This document shows positions 45,524 through 55,604 of a stretch of 64,000 bases of DNA, piece after piece. Below the pieces are notes generated by a model. It worked only from the letters and a program-made list of their open reading frames with translations. It ran no database searches and was not told the DNA's origin. Position 1 is the first letter of the stretch. Each line of letters begins with the position of its first letter. The position numbers and the translations under genes were made by a program. The stretch is from Corallococcus exercitus (GTDB lineage: Bacteria > Myxococcota > Myxococcia > Myxococcales > Myxococcaceae). Location: contig NZ_CP102577.1 of NCBI RefSeq assembly GCF_042231735.1, positions 3,103,281 through 3,167,280 of the forward strand. The letters run 5' to 3'.

Positions 45524-46843
45524 TCACGTGAACGTCCAGCGCAGCTTCTTGAGGCCAGCGCGAGCGTCTGCGTTGTCCGGATCCAGGCGCACGACCTCCT
45601 CGAAGTGGTGCTTGGCCTGCTTCTTCTGCCCCGCAACCAGGAGCAGCTGGGCCAGCAGGAGCTGGTAGTCCGCCCTGCCCGGCTTCAGCTCCACCGCGCG
45701 CTGCGCGAGCTTCAGCACCTCCTGCGGGTCCTGCGCCAGCTCCCGCCCCACGCGCGCCGCCTGGAAGGCCGCCTCCGGGTTGTCCGCGTTGAGCGACACG
45801 GCCAGCCGGTAGGCCGCCTGCGCGCCGGCGAAGTCGCCGCGCATCTCCAGCTCCTGGCCGCGCGTCACCTCCGTCTGCGCGCGGTGCAGGTCGTGCTTGC
45901 GGCGAGCCTCCACCAGCAGCTGCGCGACCTCGCGGTTCTTCGGGTCCAGGCCCAGCACGTGGTTGAAGTCCTGGTAGGCCCGCTCGAAGTCCCCGCGCGC
46001 GGTGGCCGCCTTGCCCCGGGCAATGAGCTCCGTGAGCTTGTGGCTGCGCGCCATGTACGGGTGGCGCGCGAGGCGGGCCTGGCGCTCGGCGCGGCGGGCC
46101 TCGGACTCCGGATCATCCGCGGGCGCGGCGGCGGGAGGCGGCACCGCGGCGAAGGCCCCCGACGGCGGACGCGCGCCCGTGGAGGAAGGCTGCGTCACCG
46201 CGGCGAAGGTGCCGGACGGCGCGCGCGGGGCCGGAGCGGCTGGCGGCGGGGTGACGGGAGCGCGCGCGGCCGGGGGCGCGGCGGCGGGAGCGCGCGGCGG
46301 CTCCTGGCGGCTGAGGGCGTTGTGGGCGTCGGTGAGGCGCTTGAAGATGCGCTCCAGCCGGGCGCGGAAGCTGCCCAGGTTCTTGCCGAAGTAGCGGTCC
46401 GGGTGGAAGCGGCGGGAGGCGTTGTAATAGGCCTGCTTCACCTCCTGGGGGCTGGCGCCCCGGGCCACGCCCAGCACCGTGTGGTGGTCCATCCCGTCCA
46501 GCGAGCGCTCCATCTCGATGATGTCGCGCTTCTGTTCAGGGTCGAGGTCCACCTCCTCCGCCATGGCGGCGTCCACCACCGGGGCGGCGGGAGGCGCGCG
46601 CTGCACCACCCGGGCGGGCACGATGGCCCCCTTGGCGCGCAGCGACAGCAGCACGGCGATGGTGCGCGCCTCGCCCAGCGAGGAGCGGGACAGGACGGCG
46701 TCGATGCGCTCGACGCGGCCCACCAGCGCCAGCACCGAGCCCTCCTCCGGGCTGAGCTGGAGTCGGGCCGGGTCCAGGTGGGGCACCGTCGCGATGTGGT
46801 CGGTCCTGCCCCCCAGGCCGACGATGGGGTTGGGCGCGCTCAA
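45524..46843 (-). CDS. J-domain protein with C-terminal TPR repeats and Ala/Pro-rich linker (specialised Hsp40 for adjacent Hsp70)
   Basis: It has a J-domain with the HPD motif (DHHTVLGVARGASPQEVKQAYYNASRRFHPDRYFGKN). A PAAAPPAARAPVTPPPAAPAP linker follows. The C-terminal TPR-like helices are ...ARGDFERAYQDFNHVLGLDPKNREVAQLL.... Confidence 0.8.
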   Translation of the reverse strand: MSAPNPIVGLGGRTDHIATVPHLDPARLQLSPEEGSVLALVGRVERIDAVLSRSSLGEARTIAVLLSLRAKGAIVPARVVQRAPPAAPVVDAAMAEEVDLDPEQKRDIIEMERSLDGMDHHTVLGVARGASPQEVKQAYYNASRRFHPDRYFGKNLGSFRARLERIFKRLTDAHNALSRQEPPRAPAAAPPAARAPVTPPPAAPAPRAPSGTFAAVTQPSSTGARPPSGAFAAVPPPAAAPADDPESEARRAERQARLARHPYMARSHKLTELIARGKAATARGDFERAYQDFNHVLGLDPKNREVAQLLVEARRKHDLHRAQTEVTRGQELEMRGDFAGAQAAYRLAVSLNADNPEAAFQAARVGRELAQDPQEVLKLAQRAVELKPGRADYQLLLAQLLLVAGQKKQAKHHFEEVVRLDPDNADARAGLKKLRWTFT

Positions 46844-46936
46844 GGTGTCACGTTCCGCGGGCTGGCGAATCCCCGAGTGTAGGTGTCCGGGAAGAGGGGC
46901 GTCAAACTTCCCGGGTCCGAGGGGCCCCTCCCCCTT

Positions 46937-48205
46937 TTACAGCGTGGAGAGGACACGCTGGAGGATGCCCAGCGCTTCGTCCAGTTCCTTCTGGGAGATG
47001 ATGAGGGGCGGGGCGAAGCGCAGCGTGGTGTCCCCGGCGGCGTTCACCAGCAGGCCGGCCTCGCGCAGCTTCGCGATGACGGGGGCGACCTCCCGGTCCA
47101 GCTCGACGCCCAGGAGCAGCCCCTGACCGCGCACGGCCTGGATGCGGCCTTCGGGCAGCGAGGCCTGGAGCGCGCGCGCTCCGGCGAGGAAGTGCTCCCC
47201 CTTCGCCTGCACGTCCGCCAGGAAGCCGGGCTGGCGCAAGAGCCGCATCACCACATTGCCCGCGGCGGCGGACACCAGGTTGCCGCCGAAGGTGGAGCCG
47301 TGGGTGCCCGGGGAGAGGCTCACCGCCAGCTCCTCGCGGCACAGCATGGCGCCGATGGGCAGCCCGTTGCCCAGCGCCTTGGCCAGGCTGATGGCGTCCG
47401 GCCGGATGCCGTGGTGCATGAAGCCGAAGGGCTGGCCGGTGCGGCCCATGCCCGTCTGGACCTCGTCCACGAGCAGCAGCAGGCCCCGCTCGTCACAGAG
47501 GGCGCGCAGGCCCTGGAAGAAGCCCGGGGGCGCCAGGCGCACGCCGCCCTCGCCCTGGATGGGCTCCACCAGGATGGCGGCGGTGTTGGGGCCGACGGCG
47601 CGGCGGACCGCGTCCACGTCACCGTAGGGCAGGTGCCGGAAGCCCTGGGGCAGCGGCTCGAAGCCGGCGTGGTACTTCGGCTGGCCGGTGGCGGTGACGG
47701 TGGCCAGCGTGCGGCCGTGGAAGCCCTTCTCGAAGGAGAGGATCTCGAAGCGCTCCGGCGTGCCGCGGTCCTTCATCACCTTGCGCGTCAGCTTGATGAG
47801 GGCCTCGTTGGCCTCCGCGCCGGAGTTGCAGAAGAACGCGCGCGGCAGCCCGGCCCAGGCGGTGAGCTGCTCGGCCAGGTCTATCTGCGGCTGCGAGTAG
47901 AAGGCGTTGGAGACGTGCCACAGCGTGTCCAGCTGCGCCTTGGCCGCCGCGACCACCTCCGGGTGGCAGTGGCCCAGGGCGCAGACGGCGATGCCGCCGA
48001 TGCAGTCCAGGTAGCCGTTGCCATCCGCGTCCCACACCCGGGTGCCCTGCCCTCGCACCAGCGCGATGGGTTGCTGCTTGTAGTTCTGCAGCAGGTGCTG
48101 CTTCGCCTTCTGGATGAGGGGCGCGTTGCCAGGGGCGGAGGCGGGGGACGGCGGCGGTTGCGACAAGGTGGTGTACCTCTCTCTTCGGATGACGAGGTGG
48201 GCCAA
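46937..48205 (-). CDS. argD: Class-III PLP-dependent aminotransferase, acetylornithine-aminotransferase-like
   Basis: …NSGAEANEALIKLTRK…, DEVQTGMGRTG and the PLP lysine context …AISLAKALGNGLPIGA… match class-III aminotransferases. The start is uncertain (TTG at 48205 or TTG ~48163 after AGAGAGG). Confidence 0.8.
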   Translation of the reverse strand: MAHLVIRRERYTTLSQPPPSPASAPGNAPLIQKAKQHLLQNYKQQPIALVRGQGTRVWDADGNGYLDCIGGIAVCALGHCHPEVVAAAKAQLDTLWHVSNAFYSQPQIDLAEQLTAWAGLPRAFFCNSGAEANEALIKLTRKVMKDRGTPERFEILSFEKGFHGRTLATVTATGQPKYHAGFEPLPQGFRHLPYGDVDAVRRAVGPNTAAILVEPIQGEGGVRLAPPGFFQGLRALCDERGLLLLVDEVQTGMGRTGQPFGFMHHGIRPDAISLAKALGNGLPIGAMLCREELAVSLSPGTHGSTFGGNLVSAAAGNVVMRLLRQPGFLADVQAKGEHFLAGARALQASLPEGRIQAVRGQGLLLGVELDREVAPVIAKLREAGLLVNAAGDTTLRFAPPLIISQKELDEALGILQRVLSTL

Positions 48206-48224
48206 CGCGGCGGACCCTAGCGCG

Positions 48225-49622
48225 CTAGAGGATGTAGCGCGACAAGTCCTCGTCCTGGACGATGGCGCCCAGCCGCTCGCGCACGTAGGCGGCGTCCACC
48301 TGGAAGTCGCGAGGGCCCAGCTCGCTGGCCGTGAAGGACACCTCGTCCAGCAGGCGCTCCAGCACGGTGTGCAGCCGCCGGGCGCCGATGTTCTGCGTGC
48401 GCTCGTTGGCCTGCTGGGCGATGCGGGCGATCTCCGCCACCGCGTCGTCGGTGAAGGACAGGCGCACGCCCTCCGTGGCGAGCAGCGCGGTGTACTGGCG
48501 CATGAGCGAGTTCTTGGGCTCGCGCAGGATGCGCACCAGGTCCTCGCCGGACAGCGCCTCCAGCTCCACCCGGATGGGGAAGCGGCCCTGGAGCTCCGGG
48601 ATGAGGTCCGACGGCTTGGAGACGTGGAACGCGCCCGCGGCGATGAAGAGCATGTGGTCCGTCTTCACCTGGCCGTACTTCGTGTTGACGGCCGAGCCCT
48701 CCACGATGGGCAGGATGTCGCGCTGGACGCCTTCGCGCGAGACGTCCGGGCCCCCGCCGCCCTTGCCGCCCTCGCGGCTGGCGATCTTGTCAATCTCGTC
48801 GATGAAGACGATGCCGCTGGACTCGGCGCGCGCCACGGCCTCGCGCTGGACGCGGTCCGGGTCCACCAGCTTCTGCGCCTCCTCCGCGCGCAGCACCTGG
48901 AGCGCCTCCGGCACGCGCAGCTTGCGCTTCCGGGTGTTCTTCATGCCCGGCATGTTCTTGAAGAGGTCCTGGAGGTTGACGCCGATCTCCTCCATGCCCT
49001 GGCCGCTGAAGTTGCGCATGAAGGTGGGCGAGCTCTCGCTGGTCTCCACCTCCACGGTCTGATCATCCAGCGTGCCGGCGCGCAGCTGGGCGCGCAGCTT
49101 CTCCCGCTCGCTGTCGCCCAGCGGCGAGGGCGCGGGGGTGGGCGGGGGCGAGAAGCCGAACGGCGGCGACGTCGTCGTGCGCGCCTGCCCGCCGTTCTTG
49201 ATGAGGTCCATCAAGCGGTCCTCGGCCAGCTCCTCCGCGCGCGGCTTGACCTTCTCCGTCTCCTCCTCGCGCACCAGCGCGATGGCCGCCTCCACCAGGT
49301 CGCGGATCATCGACTCGACGTCGCGGCCCACGTAGCCCACTTCCGTGAACTTGCTGGCCTCCACCTTCACGAACGGGGCCTGGGACAGCTTCGCCAGGCG
49401 GCGGGCGATCTCCGTCTTCCCCACGCCGGTGGGGCCAATCATGATGATGTTCTTCGGGTAGATCTCATCCCGCAGGTCGTCCGGCACCTGCTGGCGGCGC
49501 CACCGGTTGCGCAGCGCGATGGCGACGGCGCGCTTGGCGTCGTTCTGCCCGACGATGTAGCGGTCCAGCTCGCTGACGACCTCGCGAGGCGTGAAGGCGG
49601 ACAACTTGCGCGATTCGGCCAA
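48225..49622 (-). CDS. hslU: ATP-dependent protease ATPase subunit HslU
   Basis: [32 protein letters not shown]...[18 protein letters not shown]... and the I-domain are canonical HslU. Confidence 0.95.
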   Translation of the reverse strand: MAESRKLSAFTPREVVSELDRYIVGQNDAKRAVAIALRNRWRRQQVPDDLRDEIYPKNIIMIGPTGVGKTEIARRLAKLSQAPFVKVEASKFTEVGYVGRDVESMIRDLVEAAIALVREEETEKVKPRAEELAEDRLMDLIKNGGQARTTTSPPFGFSPPPTPAPSPLGDSEREKLRAQLRAGTLDDQTVEVETSESSPTFMRNFSGQGMEEIGVNLQDLFKNMPGMKNTRKRKLRVPEALQVLRAEEAQKLVDPDRVQREAVARAESSGIVFIDEIDKIASREGGKGGGGPDVSREGVQRDILPIVEGSAVNTKYGQVKTDHMLFIAAGAFHVSKPSDLIPELQGRFPIRVELEALSGEDLVRILREPKNSLMRQYTALLATEGVRLSFTDDAVAEIARIAQQANERTQNIGARRLHTVLERLLDEVSFTASELGPRDFQVDAAYVRERLGAIVQDEDLSRYIL

Positions 49623-49634
49623 GGGGCGGTCCTC

Positions 49635-50162
49635 TCAGAGCTCTTCGTAGGTGACGTTGGAGTTCGTGTAGACGCAGATGTCCGCGGCGATGGCCATGGC
49701 CTGCGTGCAGATGTCCCGCGCGGACAGCTGCGAGTGCGCCTGGAGGGCGCGCGCGGCGGCCAGCGCGTAGTGGCCGCCGGAGCCCACGGCGGCGATGCCG
49801 TGGTCCGGTTCGATGATGTCGCCCGCGCCGGAGAGGATGAAGGTCTTCTCCTTGTCCGCGACGATGAGCAGCGCCTCCAGGCGGCGGAGGAAGCGGTCGG
49901 TGCGCCAGTCCTTCCCCAGCTCCACGCAGGCACGGGCCAGGTTCTTCTGGTGCTCCTTGAACTTGGCCTCGAAGCGCTCGAAGAGCGTGAACGCGTCCGC
50001 GGTGCTGCCCGCGAAGCCGGCGATGACCTGACCGTCGCCGATGCGGCGCACCTTGCGCGCCGTGTTCTTCATGATGGTCTTGTCGAGACTGACCTGACCG
50101 TCGCCCGCGATGACGACCTTCCCTTCGCGGCGGACGCAGAGGATGGTGGTGCCGTGGAACAT
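49635..50162 (-). CDS. hslV: ATP-dependent protease peptidase subunit HslV
   Basis: [25 protein letters not shown]... is the N-terminal Thr protease signature (TT after Met processing). Confidence 0.95.
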   Translation of the reverse strand: MFHGTTILCVRREGKVVIAGDGQVSLDKTIMKNTARKVRRIGDGQVIAGFAGSTADAFTLFERFEAKFKEHQKNLARACVELGKDWRTDRFLRRLEALLIVADKEKTFILSGAGDIIEPDHGIAAVGSGGHYALAAARALQAHSQLSARDICTQAMAIAADICVYTNSNVTYEEL

Positions 50163-50242
50163 GACCGGGGGTTTAACAAGCCGGACCGCTCCGGACTTGG
50201 AAAAACCGCCCGGCTGTCCGCTCCCTCACCCTGGGGACGCGC

Positions 50243-50632
50243 TCAGGTCGCGGTCGCCTTCATCCAGCGGCCCACCAGCTTCACCAGGGCGGCCTTCTTC
50301 GCCTTCACGGTCTTCGCGTCTGGCAGCGTCACGACGCCCCGGTCCGGCGCCAGCCACTCCACCAGCCCCGAGTCGTCCTCGAAGGCGAAGCCCTTCGTGT
50401 CCTTCACCTTCGCGCCCCGGTGGAGGATGACCTGGAAGATGCCCTTGGGGGCCAGGCGGAACGTGACGCGGTCATCGCCCGAGTGGACGAAGCTGGGCGC
50501 CTTCCACTTGATGCGCTCGGTGATGCTGGCGTCGGAGGCCAGGATGGCCGTGCGCACGGCGGCAATCTCCGCCTTCAGCGGGTGCTCGAGCTCGGCCATG
50601 AACTGTTCGACTTCGTCAGCGCGGTTCGTCAT
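50243..50632 (-). CDS. DUF1801 (YdhG-like) domain protein
   Basis: The ~130-aa protein resembles the YdhG/DUF1801 family (…ITERIKWKAPSFVHSGDDRVTFRL…). The start is ambiguous (50644 or 50632). Confidence 0.5.
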   Translation of the reverse strand: MTNRADEVEQFMAELEHPLKAEIAAVRTAILASDASITERIKWKAPSFVHSGDDRVTFRLAPKGIFQVILHRGAKVKDTKGFAFEDDSGLVEWLAPDRGVVTLPDAKTVKAKKAALVKLVGRWMKATAT

Positions 50633-50640
50633 GCCCTGCC

Positions 50641-51543
50641 TCACGCGCGCGGGTGCGCGGCGTCGTAGACCTCTTGCAGCTGTTCGAAGGTCACGTGGGT
50701 GTACTTCTGCGTGGTGGACAGGCTCGCGTGGCCCAGCAGCTCCTGGATGCTGCGGATGTCCGCGCCGCCGCCCAGGAGGTGCGTGGCGAACGAGTGGCGC
50801 ATCGCGTGCGGGCTCACCTTGCGCGCCAGGGCCAGCTTGAGCACGTACGCGTCCAGGTGCCGCGCGATGCTCCGGGGCGTGAGGCGCCCGCCGCGGAAGT
50901 TGAGGAACAGCGCCTGCGGATCCTGCCCGTCATGCACCTTCGCCAGCAGCTCGCCGCGCCGCTTCAGGTACGCCTCCAGGGACTGGATGGCCTTCGCGTT
51001 GAGCGGCACCAGCCGCTCCTTGCTGCCCTTGCCCATCACCCGGACGATGCGGCTGCCGCGCTCCACGCCCAGGAGGTCCAGGCCGCACAGCTCGCTGATG
51101 CGCAGGCCGCCGCCATACAGCATCTCCAGGATGGCCTTGTCGCGAAGCCCCAGCACGGTGTCCACGTCCGGCATGTCGAGGATGGCGAAGACCTCCTCCA
51201 CTGGCAGCACCTTGGGCAGCGACTTCGGAAGCTTCGGGCTCTTCACCAGCTTGGCGGGGCTGGCGGACAGGAGCTTCTGCCGCACGAGGTACTTGTAGAA
51301 CGACTTGATGCTGGCCAGCCGCCGCGCGCGGCTGGAGGGCGCGTGGTCCACGCTGAGCGTGCCCAGGTAGCCGCGGATGGCCGCGTGCGAGCCCGCCAGC
51401 AGCGACAGCTTCATCCGCTCCACGAGGTAGCGCTCGTAGTCCACCAGGTCGATGAGGTAGTTGCGCACCGTGTGAGGGGATGCGCCCTTCTCGCCTTCGA
51501 GGTGGTCCTTGAACTGCGCCAGCAGCGGGGACAGGGTCGACAT
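50641..51543 (-). CDS. xerC: Tyrosine recombinase XerC
   Basis: The N-terminal SAM-like domain is …SPHTVRNYLIDL…. The catalytic R…HxxR…Y is …HAMRHSFATHLL…GHASLSTTQKYTHV. It is in the conserved xerC-(x)-hslVU arrangement. Confidence 0.9.
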   Translation of the reverse strand: MSTLSPLLAQFKDHLEGEKGASPHTVRNYLIDLVDYERYLVERMKLSLLAGSHAAIRGYLGTLSVDHAPSSRARRLASIKSFYKYLVRQKLLSASPAKLVKSPKLPKSLPKVLPVEEVFAILDMPDVDTVLGLRDKAILEMLYGGGLRISELCGLDLLGVERGSRIVRVMGKGSKERLVPLNAKAIQSLEAYLKRRGELLAKVHDGQDPQALFLNFRGGRLTPRSIARHLDAYVLKLALARKVSPHAMRHSFATHLLGGGADIRSIQELLGHASLSTTQKYTHVTFEQLQEVYDAAHPRA

Positions 51544-51605
51544 GGTCGGGGAAGCCTAGGGGCCTCCCCGAGCCTCGCAAGATTCGCGTCGCTCCGCGAG
51601 CCCGC

Positions 51606-53882
51606 CTACTTCGCGGGCGCCGGAGCGGGCGTGACGGGCACCACGGGAACGGCCCCCGCCGGCAGCTCGGTGGGCACCAGCTTGGGCAGGAGCACGCGGC
51701 AGGCGTCCTCGGACAGCCAGTGGTACGTGCACAGCCACTCCGTGACGGGCACGCGCACCTGCCAGCCCAGCACGAAGAGGATGAGCAGCGTGAGGCCCAG
51801 GCGGGCCCCCAGCGACATGCGCTCGGCCTCGTCGTCGTCCTGCGTGTGGCGCAGCGCCCCGCGCACCAGGTCCACGTGGTCCACGCGCGCGCCCTTGGGC
51901 AGCTTCGGCTTGCGGGTGATGAGCGTCGCCACGCCCCGGGTGAGCATCAGCCGGTCGTTGAGCGCCCAGCCGGAGCCCTCCAGCAGCAGCGCCAGGTTGC
52001 GCCGGCGCAGCTTCAGCCACCCGAGCAACCCCGCGGGCGCCATCACCACGATGGCCAGGATGGTGGCCGCGGTGATGACGTCCACCAGCGTGAGCGACTT
52101 CACCTGCGTGAGGATGAACGCCAGCGACGACCCCAGCGCCGCGAACGCGATGCCGCCCGCCGCGAGCACGCCCGCGATGCCGCCACCCGCCGGAGCCGCC
52201 GAGGGCGCCGCACCCGCGGGAGCCGGGGCCGGAGCTGAAGAGGGCGGAGGCGCGGTCACCGTCTGCTTGTAGCCGGACTCCAGCGAGGCATCGAAGTCCT
52301 TCTCACCGGAAGCGGCCAGCCCCTCCACCTTGCTGGTGATGAACGCGCCGATGCGCATGAACGGCATGGTCATCGACTCCCAGAGCGACACGGGCTGGCG
52401 GACGACCTGCGTGACGATGGCGTCGCTCTCCTTGCCGTCCACGTCGTAGAACACGCCGCGCTTGCCCACGACGAGCTCCGTGCTGCGCCCGGCGGTGACG
52501 GGCACCGCCACCTCGTAGGCATCCGCCGCGTCCCGGGGCATCACCTTCACGTAGAGGATGCAGGTGGTCCCCTGCCCCGTCAGCGCCGAGTGCGCCGCGC
52601 GGTCCGTCACCAGCACGGACAGCGTGTACTTGCGCCCCGCCAGGATGAGCGTGCCCTTCTCCATCAGCGCCCGCCGCTTGGGCAGGTACAGGCTGGGCAT
52701 GCTGATGAAGTTGTTGGAGAACACCAGCAGCCAGCGCTGGTACAGCACCAGCCGCTCCAGCTCCGCGATGACGTCCAGCGTGGGCTTGAGCGACAGGTCC
52801 TCGCGGCTCACCGCTTCAATCGCGTCCAGGTCCTCGTCGGACACCGCGCCCAGCGTGTCCGCCACCGCGTGCAGCGCGCTCGCGTCGCGCTTCGCCTGCC
52901 AGCCGAGGATGGCCTCCGCCTTCGCGGACAGCTCGCGCCAGGCCGTGTCCGTCAGCTTCACGCCGTCGCCCAGGAGCGGCGTCGCCACCTCCTGGTGGAA
53001 GGCCTCCAGCTTCTCGTAGCCGGCGCCGCGGTACAGCCGCGCCCACACCAGCACGCCAGAAGGATCCGGCGGCGCGATGGGCAGCTCGTTCGCGGCCTTG
53101 CCCATGGCGCCCAGGTCGCCCAGCGCGCCCTCCACGCGGTCCGCGCGCAGGCGCAGGCTGGCGGCGGCCTCCGGCTGCGCGGCCACCAGCCGGCACTGCA
53201 CGAAGTAGCCCTCCAGGAGCGGCGCCACGTCGTGGACGCGCTTCGCCTGCTCCAGGCTCGCCGTGCCCCAGGTGAACACGGCGTCCCGGCCGCCCAGGTG
53301 CGTGAGCAGCGCCGCGCGCTCCTCGCGGAAGCGCTTCACCAGGCCCACGTCCACGCCCGCCAGGCCCGCGCGGTTCGTCAGCGGCGGGAAGGCCGCGATG
53401 ATGGACTGGGCCAGGGGCCGCAGCCGCTCCGGCAGCGACACCGGCGCGATGATGCCGTCGCCGTTCTTGCCCGCGTCGCGCAGCGCCTTGTCGCTGGTGC
53501 GCAGCTGCTCCAGCGACAGGCGCGTGGTGTCCGGCGCGTTGAGCGTGCGCAGCACCAGCTCCGCCGCGCCCTTGAGGTTGGATGCCGTGTCGGAGAGCGC
53601 CGCCAGCTCCAGCACGTCGCTGCCCGCGTCCGCGCCCTTGCGGTCCTTCAGCCGCGCCGCCGTCCAGTCCACCGCGGCGCGCAGCTCCTCCACCCGGATG
53701 CGGCGGTTGCCGTCCGCGTCCATCAGCGCGAGGAAGCGCGGATCACACGCGATGCCCTCCATGGGGCACGCGAGCGCCATCCACTGCGTGGCGGGAATCC
53801 TCACCGCTTCGGTGAGGGTGTTGAAGTCGGGGATGTCGACCTGGAGCGAGCCGCCATAGCGGCGATAGACGAGCTGTGCCAT
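51606..53882 (-). CDS. Large hypothetical protein with N-terminal EF-hand-like Ca-binding loop and C-terminal multi-TM region
   Basis: DADGNRRIRVEEL fits the 12-residue EF-hand loop (D-x-D-x-N-x-x-I-x-x-x-E). The C-terminal third has >=4 hydrophobic helices (…IAGVLAAGGIAFAALGSSLAFIL…, …LGLTLLILFVLGW…). I recognise no other domain. Confidence 0.55.
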   Translation of the reverse strand: MAQLVYRRYGGSLQVDIPDFNTLTEAVRIPATQWMALACPMEGIACDPRFLALMDADGNRRIRVEELRAAVDWTAARLKDRKGADAGSDVLELAALSDTASNLKGAAELVLRTLNAPDTTRLSLEQLRTSDKALRDAGKNGDGIIAPVSLPERLRPLAQSIIAAFPPLTNRAGLAGVDVGLVKRFREERAALLTHLGGRDAVFTWGTASLEQAKRVHDVAPLLEGYFVQCRLVAAQPEAAASLRLRADRVEGALGDLGAMGKAANELPIAPPDPSGVLVWARLYRGAGYEKLEAFHQEVATPLLGDGVKLTDTAWRELSAKAEAILGWQAKRDASALHAVADTLGAVSDEDLDAIEAVSREDLSLKPTLDVIAELERLVLYQRWLLVFSNNFISMPSLYLPKRRALMEKGTLILAGRKYTLSVLVTDRAAHSALTGQGTTCILYVKVMPRDAADAYEVAVPVTAGRSTELVVGKRGVFYDVDGKESDAIVTQVVRQPVSLWESMTMPFMRIGAFITSKVEGLAASGEKDFDASLESGYKQTVTAPPPSSAPAPAPAGAAPSAAPAGGGIAGVLAAGGIAFAALGSSLAFILTQVKSLTLVDVITAATILAIVVMAPAGLLGWLKLRRRNLALLLEGSGWALNDRLMLTRGVATLITRKPKLPKGARVDHVDLVRGALRHTQDDDEAERMSLGARLGLTLLILFVLGWQVRVPVTEWLCTYHWLSEDACRVLLPKLVPTELPAGAVPVVPVTPAPAPAK

Positions 53883-53985
53883 TCAGCGCGCGAAGACAGC
53901 ACACCCCGTCCGGGTGTGCACGCCTCAACGTCCGGCCACTCCCGGGAAGGAAGGCCTCGCGGCCCTCCCTTCCCTGGGTCAGCCC

Positions 53986-55598
53986 CTACTGCGCGGCGGC
54001 GACGGCGCTGTACACGCCGGGGTTCTGCCCCTGGCCGATGATGTAGACGGCCCGCGCGTCGTCCTTGCCCGCGAAGTACACGGGCACCTGCACGCCCTGG
54101 TCGAGCGTCTTGCGCGCCCCCGACTTCACGTCGTACACGGCCACGTCGTAGGTGTCCGAGTCCATGCGCGCGTACGTCGCGAGCACGCGAGCGCCGTCCT
54201 CGGAGATCTTGTAGCTGAAGATGCCCTGCAGCCACGTCTTCGCCTCGGCCTGCTTCTCGCCCAGGGCCACGGCCTTGAAGTCACACGCGCGGCCGTTGCG
54301 GATGCAGTTGGTGCGGAACACCACCGCGCTGTTGTTCGGCGCGAAGCCGTAGCCGAACACGCCCGGCTGCACCTTCTCCGCCTTCTCCTGGCCCAGCGCG
54401 TACAGCATCAGGTCCACGGAGAACACCGGCTTCACGAAGCGCGACAGGAACGCCACGTAGCGGCTGTCCGAGCCCCACACGAAGTTGGGCACCCGGTCCC
54501 CCACGCGCTTGGGCGCGCCGTCCGGCAGCGACGCCACCGCGAGGAAGCCCGCGCGCGACGGCTGGTCGTACTTCTCCAGGAAGGCCACCGCCTTGGAGTC
54601 CGGCGCGAACGCCATCTCCTCCACGGCCTCGCCCACCTTGCGCCCCGGGCCTCCGGACGCCGGGCCCACGTGCAGGTCCCCCAGCTGCTCCGGCTTGCCG
54701 TTCTCCGTGCGCGCCAGCCACTGGCCATCCGGCGAGAAGCCGAAGTTCTTCGTGCCCGTCGCCAGCTTCGTGCCCTTCAGCGCGGGCACGTCCGCGAGGT
54801 ACAGGTCATACATCCCGCGCACGGCCTCGCTGCGCACCTGGTAGGCCACGTGCTTGCCGTCGGAGGACACCTGGTAGTCGCCCACCTGATCCGCCAGCTT
54901 GCGCGGCGGCTCGTTGGAGCCCACCGTCACCGCCGCCAGTCCGCCCGCCGCCGACAGCCGGCGCTTGAAGAGCAGCGTCTTGCCGTCCGGCGTGAACTGC
55001 GCGGTGCTCACCTCGCCCGCCACGTCCTGGAACGGCCCCTGCGGCAGCTTGCCCAGCTTCAGCGTGCCCGCGTCCACGAAGGCCACGTGCAGGCCATCCG
55101 GGGACGGCAAGAGGTAGCTCACCGCCGTGCCCAGCTTCACCGGCTCCGCGGCCATGTCCGCGAGCGACAGCACGTTCAGCTCGCCGGACTGCGAGGCCGG
55201 GTTGTAGCCCGTCACGTACAGGAGGTGCTTCGAGTCCTGGGAGAACAGCAGGCTGCCCGGCACGTTCGTCACGCCGTCGCCCAGCGCGCGCACGTTGCCG
55301 CCCGTCACCGGCACGACGTACAGCGAGCCCACCAGCATCTGCGGCGGAATGCCGTCCAGCCGGGGCTTCTGCCCGTTGAGCAGGAACGAGGCGTACTGCC
55401 CGTCCGGCGACAGGCGCAGGTCCGCCGCGCGCCCCGGCACGAGCAACTGCCCCTGCCCGCCCACCACCGAGGTGCCCTTCGCCGCGCTGCGGACCGTGTC
55501 GCCCTGCGCGGCGCTGCGCTGGGAGGGCGGCGCGTTGTTGTCCTCGCCCTTCTTGCACCCCGACAACGCCAGCAGGGCCAGCAGGCCCACCATCCCAG
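53986..55598 (-). CDS. TolB-like / WD40-like beta-propeller lipoprotein
   Basis: It has a lipoprotein signal ([18 protein letters not shown]). Repeated S/TPDGxxhAF motifs (LSPDGQYASFL, PSPDGLHVAFV, FTPDGKTLLF, VSSDGKHVAY, FSPDGQWLA, FAPDSKAVAFL) are typical of TolB/PD40 repeats. Confidence 0.7.
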
Positions 55599-55604
55599 GT
55601 CGCT

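Noticed and set aside
50641-51543. xerC as the integrase of an integrated mobile element
   Set aside because: It lies in the widely conserved xerC–hslV–hslU housekeeping arrangement with host GC content. There are no flanking att-like repeats or cargo genes.
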